A stretch of 64,000 nucleotides of DNA from Bugula neritina. Taxonomy: Eukaryota > Animalia > Bryozoa. Within the stretch, counting starts at the first letter, position 1; each line of letters begins with the position of its first letter. The DNA is taken from contig OZ037767.1 of NCBI GenBank assembly GCA_964035545.1, positions 16,424,581 through 16,488,580 on the forward strand. The letters are read 5' to 3'. The notes under the pieces are model-generated. The model searched no databases. It was given only the letters and a program-made list of their open reading frames with translations, and was not told where the DNA came from. Position numbers and translations under genes: made by a program. Below, in pieces: positions 60,911 through 64,000 of the stretch.

Positions 60911-62321
60911 CCTAGGACTCTCACGCTGGCTGCAACTAATTGTGATGGATAAATCATAATGATTATAATTATTGTTATGCAGTATAATAATATATTCACT
61001 TATATTAATATTGAAACTTTTAGTACGAATATTTTTATTTACTGCAGCATTTATCATAATCAATCTAAATTTTAATGAAGAAGTTTGACTATTTGTTCCA
61101 CTTCCAAGCATTACAATTACATTTAGTGATTTACTTTTAGTTTTACTTTTAGTTTTACTTTTACTTTTAGTTTTACTTTTAGTTTTACTTTTAGTTTTAC
61201 TTTAACTTTTAGTTTTAGTTTTACTTTTAGTCAATTAATGATTTACTAAATCTAATAGTAATAGTAATACTAACAGTAATACTAGTAAGTAACACTAATG
61301 GACAATAGTGAAGTGATAGTAATACTCATACTGTAATAGTAATACTCATACTGTCATCGTAATACTAATACTAGTAGTAATACTAATACTAATAGTAATA
61401 CTATTAGTATTACTACTAGTATTACCCGTATTAGTTTTACTATTATTATTTGCGTTAGAGAATTATTTTGATTATTTCAGTACTAATAGTAATACTAATA
61501 GTAATACTAATAGTAATACTAAAAGTAATAGAATACTAATACTAGTAATACTGCTGTTAGTGTTAATAGTGCTACTACTAGTCATAATCACATTCACTGT
61601 AAGTGTAATGCATCATAATAATATTAATATTAATTAATAATGATGTTCACCAATAGAAATTTTCAGTCAGTTGCATTGTTGTGTGTGCTTGTTGCATTTT
61701 TATTACACACTGAGCAATAATTCATAATCACTGTCAGTGTTGTGGTTACTTACTATAAAAGAAAGATTCTGTACCAGTGCATGGTACTTAGGAGTTACTA
61801 AAGGTGCTGGTTCTTATACTAGCCTTTAGCAGTTGACTCAGACTCAGAATGAATTAAGGCAGATTATATGTTTTTTGCTTATTCTAGTCTTTTGTGCCTT
61901 GGGTTTTCACTGCAACTAGCTGTGCCACAGATACATACACACCAACTTTAGTCTGTGGGACAGAGTTTAAGTGACACTACAGCTTTGAGGGTTTGGTTCT
62001 ACTCATTGCTAATATTGGCTACTTTTACATTTAGTTTTGATGCATACATTATTTGGACCTGTAAAATATCAATATAGCTGTTTACTACCATTTACATTAT
62101 TTAGTTTAAATTTGAGATAAAATTAATTTGTTGCAAATTTTAATCTTTTCACTAAAATTTTGTATGCTCTATATCACATTTAAACACTATATTATTGATT
62201 TGCTATTTTACAGTCTGTCTTACTAATGACAAAAATAAAGTAGTTTGAAAGATTGCATCAAAACTGATCAATTTTTGCATAGTTTTTGCAAATATTCATG
62301 TTTTCCAGCTGAAGTATAGAA

Positions 62322-62472
62322 ATGTCATACAACTATCGAAAGACCGTGAACACACGTCACCATCACCTCCCCCTTGAAGGAAATACCCAGTCTTTAATAG
62401 AGAATGAGTTTGGAAACGTCCTTGTCATATACACAGGAGGTACCATTGGCATGAAGTTAAACAAACAAGGAG
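62322..62472 (+). CDS. ASPG: L-asparaginase / 60-kDa lysophospholipase, first coding exon (gene continues beyond the window)
   Basis: Active-site signature VLVIYTGGTIGM. Acceptor tttccag lies 13 nt before the ATG, and the donor is gtgaat at 62473. Confidence 0.8.
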
Positions 62473-64000
62473 GTGAATCTCTATCAGGATATACTATTTT
62501 ATTTACTCGTAAACTCGTACTGAGTTGAAGTTATACTGGTATATCAAGTAAAACTTAATGTTACATTAACTACTTATGGTTATACTGACTCAAGTAATAC
62601 TTAAAGTTATACTGACTCAAGTAATACTTAAAGTTATAGTTACTTCAAGTGTTACTAACTTAAGTTATATTAGTTGGATTTGTATAAATATTCAAATGAG
62701 CTTCAAGCGCATTGATTTGCATCACGGAAATGCAAGTCACTGAAAATTTAGTCAATTGATGCAATTTATTGTTAACTACGATTTGGCTTGAATTGACTGA
62801 CCCTGCTTTACGTACTAGACTTATTCTATAGTTTTAGTAATGGATAATCTGACATCACGTTGTACAGCTAGTCTTGTTAACTTAACTCACTCTCTACTTA
62901 TTATCCTCTCTATTACTATTGCATTTTGATAGCGATGGTTAGTATCTATGCTATATAGTATGTATTATATCCTATATAATATAATATGCTATATACTATA
63001 TAATAATATAATATGCTATATACTATATAATAATATAATATGCTATATACTATATAATAATATAATATGCTATATACTATATAATAATATATATGGTATA
63101 ATATGCTGGCTATAACACAATGTCACATGAAACAGAGATGTCTAGTTGCATTCATCTTATAATAGATACTAGCTTCAGTCAGGCAGAGAGCTCAAGTAAT
63201 TTAGTTTTATAATACTTTTTGTGCACATACGGCGTCAATTAATTCAAGATGCTGCCGATTGTTTAAATGTCGGCAGCATCTTGAACTAAAACTTTACACT
63301 ACTTGCTGACCTAAGGAATTAGCTCAAGGCATAGGAATTATTAAAAGATATCGTCAAAGACATGTGCTGTAAACTCGAGTTGATAAGCTTACAACTCTGA
63401 GACTGTATTTGAGTCATAGCCAAGATATCTTTGCAGATTTTATTACTACACAAATGTACCTAAAAAACCTCTTCAAAGTTTTAAAGGTCACCCTGTTGGC
63501 TGCTATATATCTTTGGTTTGAGGTCATTGCACTGCTGTCCTTGTGGTCAAGTTATAGTCCTCTAATTAGTGCATGAAAGAAATTAGGTTAATTAGTGGGA
63601 GAGCTGATTAATGCACAGCTTTGGGTAAGGTTAATTGTATCTTGAAAGGGTTCAACCCAATATTCCAAGTATATTATATTTTCTTATACTAAACAAACCA
63701 CTGGAGTTGTCCACTCTATATAGAATTTGAATTCAAAGCATATCTCACTGTGTATAGCAGTTCGGTATATCTAACTGAAGCAACAGTGAACATCTAAAGG
63801 TGAAGTTATGTGCTCTTTTCTGAAGGGTTTACGCCACAACTTCACAGGGATATCACTTGTAGCAGGGGAGACAATTTATCTTGTGTCTAACTGAGGTGTA
63901 TACTGTTTAGGTGACATGAAGGAAGGGGCAAACTCCCAAACTCAATAATATTCATCATGAGATTAAAAATCTTGCTGAAGATCTAGAAGCAAGATGGAGT

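Noticed and set aside
300-62322. Genome-wide SL trans-splicing inferred from acceptors just upstream of nearly every ATG
   Set aside because: Plausible cis donors for non-coding first exons exist for several genes (about 1497, 24930 and 55315). Only the tetraspanin case was kept as a finding.

Overview
This is AT-rich, intron-dense metazoan (invertebrate-type) genomic DNA. The species cannot be fixed from the sequence alone. Eight host genes were reconstructed by reading exons and GT/AG boundaries, in order: a C2H2 zinc-finger gene (-, cut by the left edge), Golgi alpha-mannosidase II (+), a TspanC8-type tetraspanin (-), the selenocysteine elongation factor eEFSec (-), MAP10/KIAA1383 (+), a secreted chitin-binding-like/2xEGF protein (+), an SLC10 Na+/bile-acid-transporter-like gene (-), and the first coding exon of an ASPG-type L-asparaginase (+). 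Mobile DNA comprises a 5'-truncated, inverted Penelope-like retroelement (Naiad-like, RT + GIY-YIG) inserted in (TA)n with type I hammerhead ribozymes, a 195-bp fold-back hammerhead mini-derivative beside it, an internally deleted intron-containing P/THAP9-like transposon with an 8-bp TSD, two PIF/Harbinger-type MITEs, two tRNA-derived SINE families and a LINE relic. Three observations stand out. (1) Four 26-40 bp P-end remnants, each with its own 8-bp TSD, cluster around the P element and look like 16-17 nt staggered-cut excision footprints. (2) The fold-back hammerhead mini-element has a long extended stem I. (3) Tandem duplications repeatedly capture splice sites, most strikingly a 17-copy 54-bp array of an exon end plus donor in the mannosidase gene. 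Exon coordinates were read by eye and may be off by a few nt.
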